Of a stretch of 64,000 nucleotides of DNA, positions 17,900 to 26,394 are shown piece after piece (position 1 is the first letter of the stretch; each line of letters starts with the position of its first letter). The translations under genes and the position numbers were made by a program. The notes beneath the pieces are model-generated. The model was not told the origin of the DNA and made no database searches. It saw only the letters and a program-made list of their open reading frames with translations. This stretch comes from a virus: the IMG/VR virus record IMGVR_UViG_3300025154_000064, positions 1-64,000 of that record; one strand, written 5' to 3'.

Positions 17900-19246
17900 A
17901 TGGAACTAAACGATTTCGCCGATAGAACGCCATGGCTAATCACCGCAGACAAGCTTGAGGCGATGTTTCACCATATTCCGGCCAGCGCCGACCTGCCGGC
18001 AGATTTATTCAGCTGGCTTCCTGAAGAAGATAAAACCTATCCGGTAAAAAATAGTGTGGCTGTTCTTCCGATAATTGGTCCGTTATTCAAACGCGCAACA
18101 TTTTTCTCTCGATACTTCGGCGATGTGTCTATGACAGGCATTGCTAAGGCTTTTCTATCGGCAGTTGCAGATGACAGCGTGAAGGCGATTGTCCTGAATA
18201 TTGACTCTCCAGGCGGCACTGTTTCTGGTACCGAGGCACTTAGCGATGCAATCTATTCCGCCAAGGGGAAGAAGCCTGTTATCGCTTTCGCCAATGGAAT
18301 GATGTGTTCCGCCGCGTATTGGGTTGGAAGCGGTGTTGATAAGATAGTCGTCGAGAGCACGGCCACTGTCGGAAGTATCGGCGTTGTGATGGTCCATGTC
18401 GATTGGAGTGAGGCTGAAAAGAAGTATGGTATCAAGCGAACAGTGCTGACGGCCGGCCAGTACAAGGCTATAGGAAATGACGCTGAGCCTCTGTCCGACA
18501 AGGCTCGGAAGGTTCTTCAAGACCATCTTGATTATATATACTCGGTATTCGTCGCCGCTGTTGAGAGAAACAGGGGCGTTTCAAACGAGCAGGCCTTGGC
18601 CATGGCCGACGGGAAAGTCTTTATTGGCCTCCAAGCAGTTGATGCCGGACTCGCCGATACTGTTGGCTCTCTCGATAGCGCCATAGAAATGGCCATTCAA
18701 ATGGCTGATAAAAAACAGAAATCTTCAATACACAAGGAGGCTAAGACCGTAATGGATTTAGAAACGTTGAAGAAAGAACACCCCCTGTTGGTAGCGCAGC
18801 TTCAGGGTGAAGTTAAGGCATCGATGGATGCCACGATTGAAGCACTCAAGGCTGACAAAATCAAGCTTGAGACAGAAGTGAAAGATCTCGGCAAACAAGT
18901 GGTAGGGTTGGAGGCCAAAATTTCAGATCAGGAAATGAAAGCCGCAAAAGACAGCGCTGACAAACTGTTCGACGGCAAGCTGGCTGCGAGTAAAGTCCCT
19001 GAGAAAATGTATTCCAAGGTTAAACGCGGCGTTTCTTTTGACGCTTTCTTTAAAGATGGTGCCTTTGATGCCGCAGGTTTTGGCGCAGCAGTCGAAGAAG
19101 AAATCAAAGACTGGGAAGGTGATCTTACCGAGTCTTCCGTGCAGGGAGCAGGCGGTCCGGGTCGAGAGATTGGAGCGGAAGATACCGACAAGGACGAAGA
19201 TGCCATGGTTAACAAATTACTGAAACTGTCCGGTCAGGGCGAGTAA
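17900..19246 (+). CDS. S49 (SppA-like) prohead protease fused to a scaffold domain
   Basis: IDSPGG, CSAAYW, GSIGV, AGQYK; coiled-coil acidic C-terminus as in lambda gpC/Nu3. Confidence 0.9.
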   Translation: MELNDFADRTPWLITADKLEAMFHHIPASADLPADLFSWLPEEDKTYPVKNSVAVLPIIGPLFKRATFFSRYFGDVSMTGIAKAFLSAVADDSVKAIVLNIDSPGGTVSGTEALSDAIYSAKGKKPVIAFANGMMCSAAYWVGSGVDKIVVESTATVGSIGVVMVHVDWSEAEKKYGIKRTVLTAGQYKAIGNDAEPLSDKARKVLQDHLDYIYSVFVAAVERNRGVSNEQALAMADGKVFIGLQAVDAGLADTVGSLDSAIEMAIQMADKKQKSSIHKEAKTVMDLETLKKEHPLLVAQLQGEVKASMDATIEALKADKIKLETEVKDLGKQVVGLEAKISDQEMKAAKDSADKLFDGKLAASKVPEKMYSKVKRGVSFDAFFKDGAFDAAGFGAAVEEEIKDWEGDLTESSVQGAGGPGREIGAEDTDKDEDAMVNKLLKLSGQGE

Positions 19247-19264
19247 CCAAAAAGGAGAAAAGTC

Positions 19265-19966
19265 ATGAACTATGGAGACACCCCTTACGTGCAGCGAGGG
19301 GATCAGATCGATCGAAGAGAAATTTTTGGGCCGTGTAATCTTGGTGCAATTATTCAGCTTCCTGTAACAATCCCGGCTGGTTTTGGGTATATCCCGGCTG
19401 GAACTGTCATGGGCGCCATCACTGAGTCTACCTCAAGAGCTGGCCAGTATGTTCCCTACACCCCGCAGGATGCCGCCGGCGGACTTGCGGCGGCGCTGAC
19501 GACCCTTTTCGGCGCTTCTTATTTGCTGGCCGATCCCGGAGCAGCGGCTACCGTCCTTGAGGTGACCATGGACGATTCCTATCGATTCGCTGTTGGTGAT
19601 CACATCGCTATTCTGGACGGCGATACTACGGCTATTGAGGGCTCTGCTATCACTGCCATCGACCGGACCACCTACAAGGATAAGGCCACGATTGCCTGCT
19701 CGGCCATTACCGGTTCCGAAGATGTTGATATGGTGGATGGCGCATGTGTGATTCACCAGACCCAAACGGGTACGCCGTTTCAGAACGCTGTTGGTATCCT
19801 GGTGGGCGGTGTGAATACGGGTATTGGCGTTAACGCCAAGGGCGCTCAGGGTGTGATTGTAATATCCAACGCGGTCCTCAATTACGGTGCACTTTACAAC
19901 CTTGACGCCGGCGCCATTACGGATCTTAGCGCCGTTGTGTCTGGCAATTATGTAATTCTTAAATAA
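19265..19966 (+). CDS. Head decoration protein with an insertion domain
   Basis: Between protease and MCP; PAGTVMGAIT...GQYVPY and AVGIL gpD-like motifs. Confidence 0.7.
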   Translation: MNYGDTPYVQRGDQIDRREIFGPCNLGAIIQLPVTIPAGFGYIPAGTVMGAITESTSRAGQYVPYTPQDAAGGLAAALTTLFGASYLLADPGAAATVLEVTMDDSYRFAVGDHIAILDGDTTAIEGSAITAIDRTTYKDKATIACSAITGSEDVDMVDGACVIHQTQTGTPFQNAVGILVGGVNTGIGVNAKGAQGVIVISNAVLNYGALYNLDAGAITDLSAVVSGNYVILK

Positions 19967-19980
19967 GGGAGGGTAGTACA

Positions 19981-21213
19981 ATGAGAGGTGATGCAATTCC
20001 CGAGCTGAAGCAGACTGCGCTTCAAAAGCTCATTACCAGATTCCAGACTGCTGCGAACCTGGTTCTTATGAAACTGTTTGGATCCGACCGCTACGAATCT
20101 GAGGATATCGAGTGGGAAGCTCAGGTTGGTAACCGGCGCATGACGCCGTTTGCTGCTGAGGATGCGCCGGCGCCCATGGTGGGGATGGAAGGTATTTCAA
20201 GCCATAGTGCCCGTGCTGCCTTTTGGAAAGAGAAGATGTATCTGGGTTCCTCCTTTATGAACAACATCCGGGAACCCGGGAATATCAATAAGCACTATGC
20301 CGCTTCCAAACTTCTGGCCAAAGAAAGCGCCAAGCTTCGAAACCGGTGTGATCGCCGTAAAGAGTGGATGTTCTGCCAGATGCTTACCCAGGGTGGATTC
20401 ACCTATCTTGATAAGCGAGGCCAGAAGGTTTCTGTTGACTATGGTATTCCTGACACCAGTCTTCCGACGCTTGAGAGCTCTCGCTTGTGGAATCAGGACA
20501 CGGCGAATGTGCTTGAGGATTGGTTCGATATCGTGGAGCATTTTGAATATGCTTCTCAGGCGGCGATCACCCATGCTCTGGTAACGAGTGAGGTTGTCCG
20601 GGCAATGGTTTTAAACAAGGGGCTTCAAACCTTGCTGCAAAAGTCCGCCTTTGGGAATGGTGATCTTCTGGCGAGGCCTGCTCAAGTAATCGGTTCGTTG
20701 CTGAATATCCCCAACTTTATTATTTACAATGAAATGTATGAGGTCCGCTGCTGGATGCGGTCCGCTCTGGCCGCCGGTGCCGGCCCCCATACCATATCTG
20801 TCGATGAGGTCGGTGATATTGAGGTGGGTGATACTATCTACGGTGTAAGGATCAACGAAAGCGGCGGTAAGCACACCAAGACCGCGGCCATGACGGTTAC
20901 CGCCGTGAGCGCTTCTGCCGGCACAATTACAGCTACCGGTACCATCGCCACGGCACTTCGACCCCAGCTGGATTTCATCTATACCATCAGGAAGTTCCTG
21001 CCGAAAGACCGCTTCACTGTTTTTGCAAACGAGATTGAGGGGCAAAAGATTGCCGAGTTTGCCGAGGCGCCGTTCGATCTTGATCGACATTACGGCATCA
21101 AAGTTGATAGTGACGTGGTATGGGATCCGGATGGGGTCTTTGTTCGAGTTCAAAACAAAGGCTTGCCTTTATTGTTCCATGAAGATGCGGTCTATTCCGT
21201 GAAGGTTCTGTAA
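19981..21213 (+). CDS. Major capsid protein (lambda gpE-like)
   Basis: RRKEWMFCQML, VDYGIP, W...TANVLEDW and DPDGVFV...GLP motifs. Confidence 0.9.
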   Translation: MRGDAIPELKQTALQKLITRFQTAANLVLMKLFGSDRYESEDIEWEAQVGNRRMTPFAAEDAPAPMVGMEGISSHSARAAFWKEKMYLGSSFMNNIREPGNINKHYAASKLLAKESAKLRNRCDRRKEWMFCQMLTQGGFTYLDKRGQKVSVDYGIPDTSLPTLESSRLWNQDTANVLEDWFDIVEHFEYASQAAITHALVTSEVVRAMVLNKGLQTLLQKSAFGNGDLLARPAQVIGSLLNIPNFIIYNEMYEVRCWMRSALAAGAGPHTISVDEVGDIEVGDTIYGVRINESGGKHTKTAAMTVTAVSASAGTITATGTIATALRPQLDFIYTIRKFLPKDRFTVFANEIEGQKIAEFAEAPFDLDRHYGIKVDSDVVWDPDGVFVRVQNKGLPLLFHEDAVYSVKVL

Positions 21214-21265
21214 GCAAATGGGCCGCCGGCTCCCGGCGGCCCTGGTAAAAAAATAGGAGGTTTAA

Positions 21266-22276
21266 ATGCCGTATATTTTGGATCAAGTTCCCGGTCCTTG
21301 GGCTGGTGTTAAAGAGAAGGCTTTCGCTGATCGTGCTCAGACGTTTGTAGAAGCCGATTTGGTCTTTCAAGAAGGGGTTGTAAACGCTTCGGCTGCTGTC
21401 AATAATACGCTCAACTTTATCCTTGGTGATTGTCTTTTTAGTACTGCTGGGCTGGCTATCGGTTCAACTAAGTCGAAAGTTGCTCATGGCGCGTTCAGTT
21501 ATGCTATCAATGGGATGAAATACACTGTCGCTGCCAATGCTGCAGGTATCACTCTGCCCGCTGTGACCGTCCCTCAGAACCTGTATGGTGCATGGGCTTT
21601 TGATGTTGGAATCAACGGCGTAGTTGATGTTTGGCCATCAACAGGTAATTCTACCGGTTATGCTTCTGCCAATGTTGCTGTCTACGGTATTCCCAATCCG
21701 GAACCAGATCATATTCGTATGGGAGTCCTGACCGTTATCAGCTCGGATGCTGCAGGATTTATCGCGGGTACCACCCTTTTGGATGCCGGCGCGGTAACTG
21801 CTGTTTACCGTAACTTTTCGGCTCTCAAAACGGGTCTTCTCTCTTCTCCGAGAATGGCCGAAGATGACGCTACTGCGAATGTTGCAGAGATTTTTTCAGG
21901 CTTCACTTATATGATCAATGGAGCCATATACAATAAAGCCGTCGCCGCTGGAATTGCTTTGACCGGTGGCGTGGTCACAAAGGCTGCCAAGTTTGGTGCC
22001 TATCGGTTCTTTATCGATGCGGCCGGAACAGTAACCATGCAGTCTGCGCCTTCAGAGCTTATAGATGGTTCACAAAAGCAAAATTACCTATCTGCCGCGT
22101 CCGCTATTGCGGCCATGGATCTCATGCCTCCGATAGGCGCCACATGCTCTATCGCAACACTCGTTATCACCACTGCAGCTTCTGATTTCACGCCAGCCTC
22201 GACAGATCTGGGCGCCGGCGACGTTACGGATACCTGGTATGACGGAAAATATGTGCTTGAGAAGATTTTTGCTTAA
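21266..22276 (+). CDS. Virion accessory protein with an internally duplicated domain
   Basis: Two copies of F.Y.ING..Y...A..AGI.L...GA..F....G.V. Confidence 0.65.
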   Translation: MPYILDQVPGPWAGVKEKAFADRAQTFVEADLVFQEGVVNASAAVNNTLNFILGDCLFSTAGLAIGSTKSKVAHGAFSYAINGMKYTVAANAAGITLPAVTVPQNLYGAWAFDVGINGVVDVWPSTGNSTGYASANVAVYGIPNPEPDHIRMGVLTVISSDAAGFIAGTTLLDAGAVTAVYRNFSALKTGLLSSPRMAEDDATANVAEIFSGFTYMINGAIYNKAVAAGIALTGGVVTKAAKFGAYRFFIDAAGTVTMQSAPSELIDGSQKQNYLSAASAIAAMDLMPPIGATCSIATLVITTAASDFTPASTDLGAGDVTDTWYDGKYVLEKIFA

Positions 22277-22295
22277 CGCTTTTTGGAGACAATAA

Positions 22296-22532
22296 ATGCT
22301 TGAAAATATAAAAAAAGTAAGGGTTAAAAAAACGCTACTATGCCATGGTGGCCCGGTTGGTGGGTATGCTGCCGGCGATGTTTTTGAAGCGCCGTTCCCG
22401 GATGGTATCGCCAGAGAATTAAAGGCGGATAGTAAAAACATCCTCAATGGCAAGGGTACTCTTGAGATCCTTAACGACGGTGATGTTGATACAGAAAAGC
22501 CGGTGAAAGAATGGAAAAAGAAGACCTCTTAA
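22296..22532 (+). CDS. Small head-associated hypothetical protein
   Basis: GGAG RBS; YAAGDVFE motif; position after the capsid genes. Confidence 0.55.
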   Translation: MLENIKKVRVKKTLLCHGGPVGGYAAGDVFEAPFPDGIARELKADSKNILNGKGTLEILNDGDVDTEKPVKEWKKKTS

Positions 22533-22921
22533 CGCTTCTTACCGACGACACGAGTATCGGTGCAAACCTCATAGAAGATGATATCTCTGAGGCCTGCGAT
22601 GACGCAGCCGCCGATACTGGGTGGGCATTTCCGGTTACCGACACGTTTAAGATAAGATGGACCAAGCAACGTGCGAGGCGCCACTGCTATTTTAAGCTTT
22701 GGTCACAGTCGGCAAGGAAGTTCAAGGTTGAACAGCTGAACCTTAACCAGAGGTTCGACCACTATGGAAAACTTGTCGAGCAGCTTGATGCAGAATTCCA
22801 AAGGGCTATTGACGATAATCCAGGAAAGTTTTTAGCCGTTGACGCCTATAAGCTATTTGGAACTGTCACCGGATCTGGCTTTAAGTACGATGAACTCGGA
22901 AGGGATATCACGTATAAATGA
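22511..22921 (+). CDS. Probable head-tail adaptor
   Basis: Size, helical character and synteny. Confidence 0.55.
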   Translation: MEKEDLLTLLTDDTSIGANLIEDDISEACDDAAADTGWAFPVTDTFKIRWTKQRARRHCYFKLWSQSARKFKVEQLNLNQRFDHYGKLVEQLDAEFQRAIDDNPGKFLAVDAYKLFGTVTGSGFKYDELGRDITYK

Positions 22922-23526
22922 GCGTTGGCGAAGATATAAAAGAGGTGATCGAGGAGATTGGTGAAACCATAACCATACTCAGAAGTCCTTCGAATATTAC
23001 GGGAGAGCACATCAAATCGACCGTAAACGCTCAGGTTACGAAACCTTTTATCCGTGAGTTTTTCATGGAAGCATGGCTATCGTATGATACTCAAGCTGTT
23101 GCCGGTGATTGGGTGCGGTTCGCGGACGGCCGTGTCTTCATCATAATGAACAGGACTGCATCGCTTTTTGAAGGCGAGATAATGCGGTACAACGCGGTGC
23201 TCTATAAAACCAATGCGATTGCTACCATTCAACGCCAGGATGTCACCAGGCCGGCGGTGAAGGCAGTTGTCACATGGGCAACCGTAAAGGCTAACGCCAA
23301 CGTCCTTATAACGGAAGCTCTCTACGGGAATTCCTTGGATGCTGACGAGGACGGCGGTCAGTTCAGTATGAGCGAAAATGATCTTTACATCCCGGCATCT
23401 GTTGGCATCAAACCCAACGATCGGGTCTATATATCATCGACTGAATATTACAAGGTTGAGGCCGTCAGGTATCGCCGGTTTGACAATGTCCATCTTGCGA
23501 CAATTGGCGAGGATACCCGGGAATGA
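22918..23526 (+). CDS. Probable head-closure/neck protein
   Basis: Two beta-barrel-like halves (GDWV, NDRVYI...YKVEAV); synteny. Confidence 0.55.
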   Translation: MSVGEDIKEVIEEIGETITILRSPSNITGEHIKSTVNAQVTKPFIREFFMEAWLSYDTQAVAGDWVRFADGRVFIIMNRTASLFEGEIMRYNAVLYKTNAIATIQRQDVTRPAVKAVVTWATVKANANVLITEALYGNSLDADEDGGQFSMSENDLYIPASVGIKPNDRVYISSTEYYKVEAVRYRRFDNVHLATIGEDTRE

Positions 23527-24053
23527 TTTATCACACGCTTAACAAAAGAGACATCGATAGGATAGAACACGCTTGTGAGCGCGTTCTCGCTCAGGCGAGA
23601 ATCGAACGTGAAGATCTTCCGTATCGTAGCGCGAGAGAGTTCAGGGGTCTTCTTTTCAACAACATTATGACCCAGAAGTATGCGACCGGTTACGCCCCCT
23701 ATTCACCTCGGTATGCAGAGTGGAAGACACAAACGATGATGATGGGCTCGCAGTTCTGGCGCCTGTTTGGCGACATGCTGAACAGCCTCACGATCGAGAT
23801 GAAAGACGACGGCTGGTTCGCCGGCATCCCAGGGGACGTGATGGACTCTGGCGGGAAGTCATGGTTCGGCACGCCAGAATCCAGGAGAGGCAAAAGCAAG
23901 CCGGTCAGCATGTATGCATCGGTCATGGAACTCGGCCTCAACAACCATCCGGCCAGACCGGTGTTTGGACCGACCACTGAAGAGTATGCTGTCGATGGAT
24001 GGCCGAAACAGGGCGCTGAATCGATCAAAAGGATTAGCAACGCATGGACGTAG
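23523..24053 (+). CDS. Neck/tail completion protein (HK97 gp10/virion morphogenesis-like)
   Basis: YASVMELG...PARPVFGP motif. Confidence 0.7.
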   Translation: MIYHTLNKRDIDRIEHACERVLAQARIEREDLPYRSAREFRGLLFNNIMTQKYATGYAPYSPRYAEWKTQTMMMGSQFWRLFGDMLNSLTIEMKDDGWFAGIPGDVMDSGGKSWFGTPESRRGKSKPVSMYASVMELGLNNHPARPVFGPTTEEYAVDGWPKQGAESIKRISNAWT

Positions 24054-24289
24054 AAAAAGAAATTCATAAGCCGCAACTCATGGCTATGGTTCCGACAGAC
24101 GTGCAGTGCATGGTTGGTATCCTGGCATCTGATCTTCGGCTGATACACAAGGCGATGGGGTTGTGCTCAAACGACGGTCCACTCAGGAACGACGAAGAGC
24201 GTGCAGCGTGGGAATATTTTGCGGGTCCGTTTTATGAGTTCTTGGACCAGACCATAAAGGATATCGACAATGGACCAGACGGCAAGTGA
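24044..24289 (+). CDS. Hypothetical protein
   Basis: Overlaps both neighbours in the operon. Confidence 0.55.
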   Translation: MDVEKEIHKPQLMAMVPTDVQCMVGILASDLRLIHKAMGLCSNDGPLRNDEERAAWEYFAGPFYEFLDQTIKDIDNGPDGK

Positions 24290-24728
24290 GGTCAATCTTC
24301 GCTATTCCATAAAGAAGTTTTTGGTCCAGGAGATATTCACTGTCCGTGGGAAAGCCGTCACTTTCGATATTACCATGGCTGAGCCGGATCTGAACGACAA
24401 GACGGTTACAGAGTGGATTGTCGTTAAAATCGGCAAGATGTATAGAACGGGAATGTCAGATTTAATGGTCGACTTTATATGTGCCGCCAGAAAGGATTTT
24501 GAGGGCGACAAGCTCGCCGGCTTGTCGGATGTCGTTTTCGATGTGATGACCGACAGTCTACAGCAGGACGGGAAAAGAAGAATACCTTTTTTTAAGCCAA
24601 CACCAACACCGACGCAAATCGGATCGTTGCTGGTTCAGGATTGTAAAGATGGCGGCGAGATGTTCGCGCCTGACAGAACGAAGGTAAAAATAATCAATTG
24701 CAGGCTCAGGTGGGCCGCAAAAGCTTAG
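24270..24728 (+). CDS. Probable tail terminator
   Basis: Size and position immediately before the tail tube. Confidence 0.55.
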   Translation: MDQTASEVNLRYSIKKFLVQEIFTVRGKAVTFDITMAEPDLNDKTVTEWIVVKIGKMYRTGMSDLMVDFICAARKDFEGDKLAGLSDVVFDVMTDSLQQDGKRRIPFFKPTPTPTQIGSLLVQDCKDGGEMFAPDRTKVKIINCRLRWAAKA

Positions 24729-24742
24729 AGGAGATTTAGAAA

Positions 24743-25660
24743 ATGACTCATGGTCCGGTAACAAGATACGAAAAAGCATGGGCGCTTGGCCTCATTCAGA
24801 TCCGCGTTGGGAACTCTGCGGACAATATCGCTCAGGTGGATCCGGTTCTTCCGTCAAGCGCCTCTGTCGGCGCCTTGGCCTCAACAAAATTTATGGCGAG
24901 TGCAGAATTTTACAAAAAGAAATCCGGGTTCCCCCTCACCGAAGATGGGTCCGTTCCCCTTTCAGATGCTGCGGCAATCTCTGGTGGCTTCCGAGAAATC
25001 ACGCCTTTCACTATGGCATTGGCTCGTGGCCTTGATCCTTCGGCAGCTCTTGCGGCAACTGCTTCCTACGTTTGTAAAAAATCTACCGCAGGAACCACGG
25101 ACGCTACGAAGGTTATTGATGTATCCGGAACGCCTGTAACGGATGAATACCTGGTAGCCTTTACAGGTGCAACAGCAGGCAGTATTTATGGCCGGAAAGG
25201 TGGTCTCGTTCACACCTTCTCTGCGCTTACTGCTATGACTCAGGCGGGTGGACTGTTCACAATTCCGGCGAGTTTCTTCACAGGCACCTGGGCATCAGGT
25301 GATGTTTACGTTTTCAGGACCACGAAGGCGGCTACTGCCGGCGATGCTTACCCCGGGGATCCTGACGACTGGGAAGTGGATGAGCCTTCCATCGGTTTTG
25401 GTGGTTTGGTGTCGCCGGCAGATCTTCGGATAGAGGGCGTTTATACTTATCCTGACGGCCTAAAGCAAATGGTGTTTGTATTTCCCCGCGGCCAGATCTC
25501 AGCTTCGATCGACGTGGACTTCGCGGAGCAGGACCCTGCAGCGATTCCGGTTCAGTTTGAGTCAAAAACCGCAAGCTCTCAGAATGTTGCTGGCAATGCT
25601 GTGTGGAACAGCATGCCGCTTGGTCACGTTAAATGGGGTGTTGGTATAGCCGCTGCGTAA
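24743..25660 (+). CDS. Major tail tube protein
   Basis: AGGAG RBS; VFPRGQISASIDVDF...IPVQFE; precedes chaperones and tape measure; no sheath gene. Confidence 0.75.
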   Translation: MTHGPVTRYEKAWALGLIQIRVGNSADNIAQVDPVLPSSASVGALASTKFMASAEFYKKKSGFPLTEDGSVPLSDAAAISGGFREITPFTMALARGLDPSAALAATASYVCKKSTAGTTDATKVIDVSGTPVTDEYLVAFTGATAGSIYGRKGGLVHTFSALTAMTQAGGLFTIPASFFTGTWASGDVYVFRTTKAATAGDAYPGDPDDWEVDEPSIGFGGLVSPADLRIEGVYTYPDGLKQMVFVFPRGQISASIDVDFAEQDPAAIPVQFESKTASSQNVAGNAVWNSMPLGHVKWGVGIAAA

Positions 25661-25669
25661 GGGGGAAAT

Positions 25670-26146
25670 ATGAGTGACCTTGAAAAATTGATTGGGCCAA
25701 AGCCTGAGAAGGTAATAATCGGGATTCGTGAGTTCGAGGAACTTAAGATTTGGCCGCTGTCAATGGCAGACCAGCTGGAAGTCGGTAAGCTTTTTGACGA
25801 AGCTCTTATGGCTATTCTCAATGAAGTCAGCGACAATTTTACTCTGATCGTCACCGTGAAGAAAATCGTCTTCGATAACATTCACATCATTATCCAGAAG
25901 GCGACGGACTTTGACACTGAGGCCAAGGCGAAAAAGGCGCTGGGCAAAATAACAAACGATCAATTCGTTGAGATTTGCGAAAAGATTTACAAGATGAATT
26001 TTGAGAAAATCTCAAAAAACGTGTTGAGCCTCCTCGGAAGGGTGAACTTATTGGATACGGGGAGGCCATCACCTACGTCGTTGAACGATACCCAAGATAC
26101 GGAATCGAGCACTTCACAAAACTCGGTTACCGAGAAGGTGGCTTAA
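25670..26146 (+). CDS. Tail assembly chaperone (gpG-like)
   Basis: Position; in-frame slippery heptamer A AAA AAC at 26014-26020. Confidence 0.75.
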   Translation: MSDLEKLIGPKPEKVIIGIREFEELKIWPLSMADQLEVGKLFDEALMAILNEVSDNFTLIVTVKKIVFDNIHIIIQKATDFDTEAKAKKALGKITNDQFVEICEKIYKMNFEKISKNVLSLLGRVNLLDTGRPSPTSLNDTQDTESSTSQNSVTEKVA

Positions 26147-26394
26147 CGCTCGATCAAATGTCGGTCCTGTTCAACCATGCACAGGACCGACAGTCAAAAG
26201 AAATTAGGCTTATGGCCGAAATTCATGGCGTGAAATTTAAGTCCAGCAGTGGTGCAGCATCCAGCACAAAGACAGAGGTTTTCGAATACAACGGTGATCC
26301 TGAATCGGTAAAGCACCTGTCGGAAGAGCAACGCAAAGCGATGACAGACCGGCTACTCGGAAAACACACAAAGGCGTTTAAGAAACATGGGTGA
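26020..26394 (+). CDS. gpT-like -1 frameshift extension of the chaperone
   Basis: The -1 frame is open from 26020 (RVEPPRKG...) into ORF 26158..26394. Confidence 0.7.
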   Translation, partial: RVEPPRKGELIGYGEAITYVVERYPRYGIEHFTKLGYREGGLTLDQMSVLFNHAQDRQSKEIRLMAEIHGVKFKSSSGAASSTKTEVFEYNGDPESVKHLSEEQRKAMTDRLLGKHTKAFKKHG

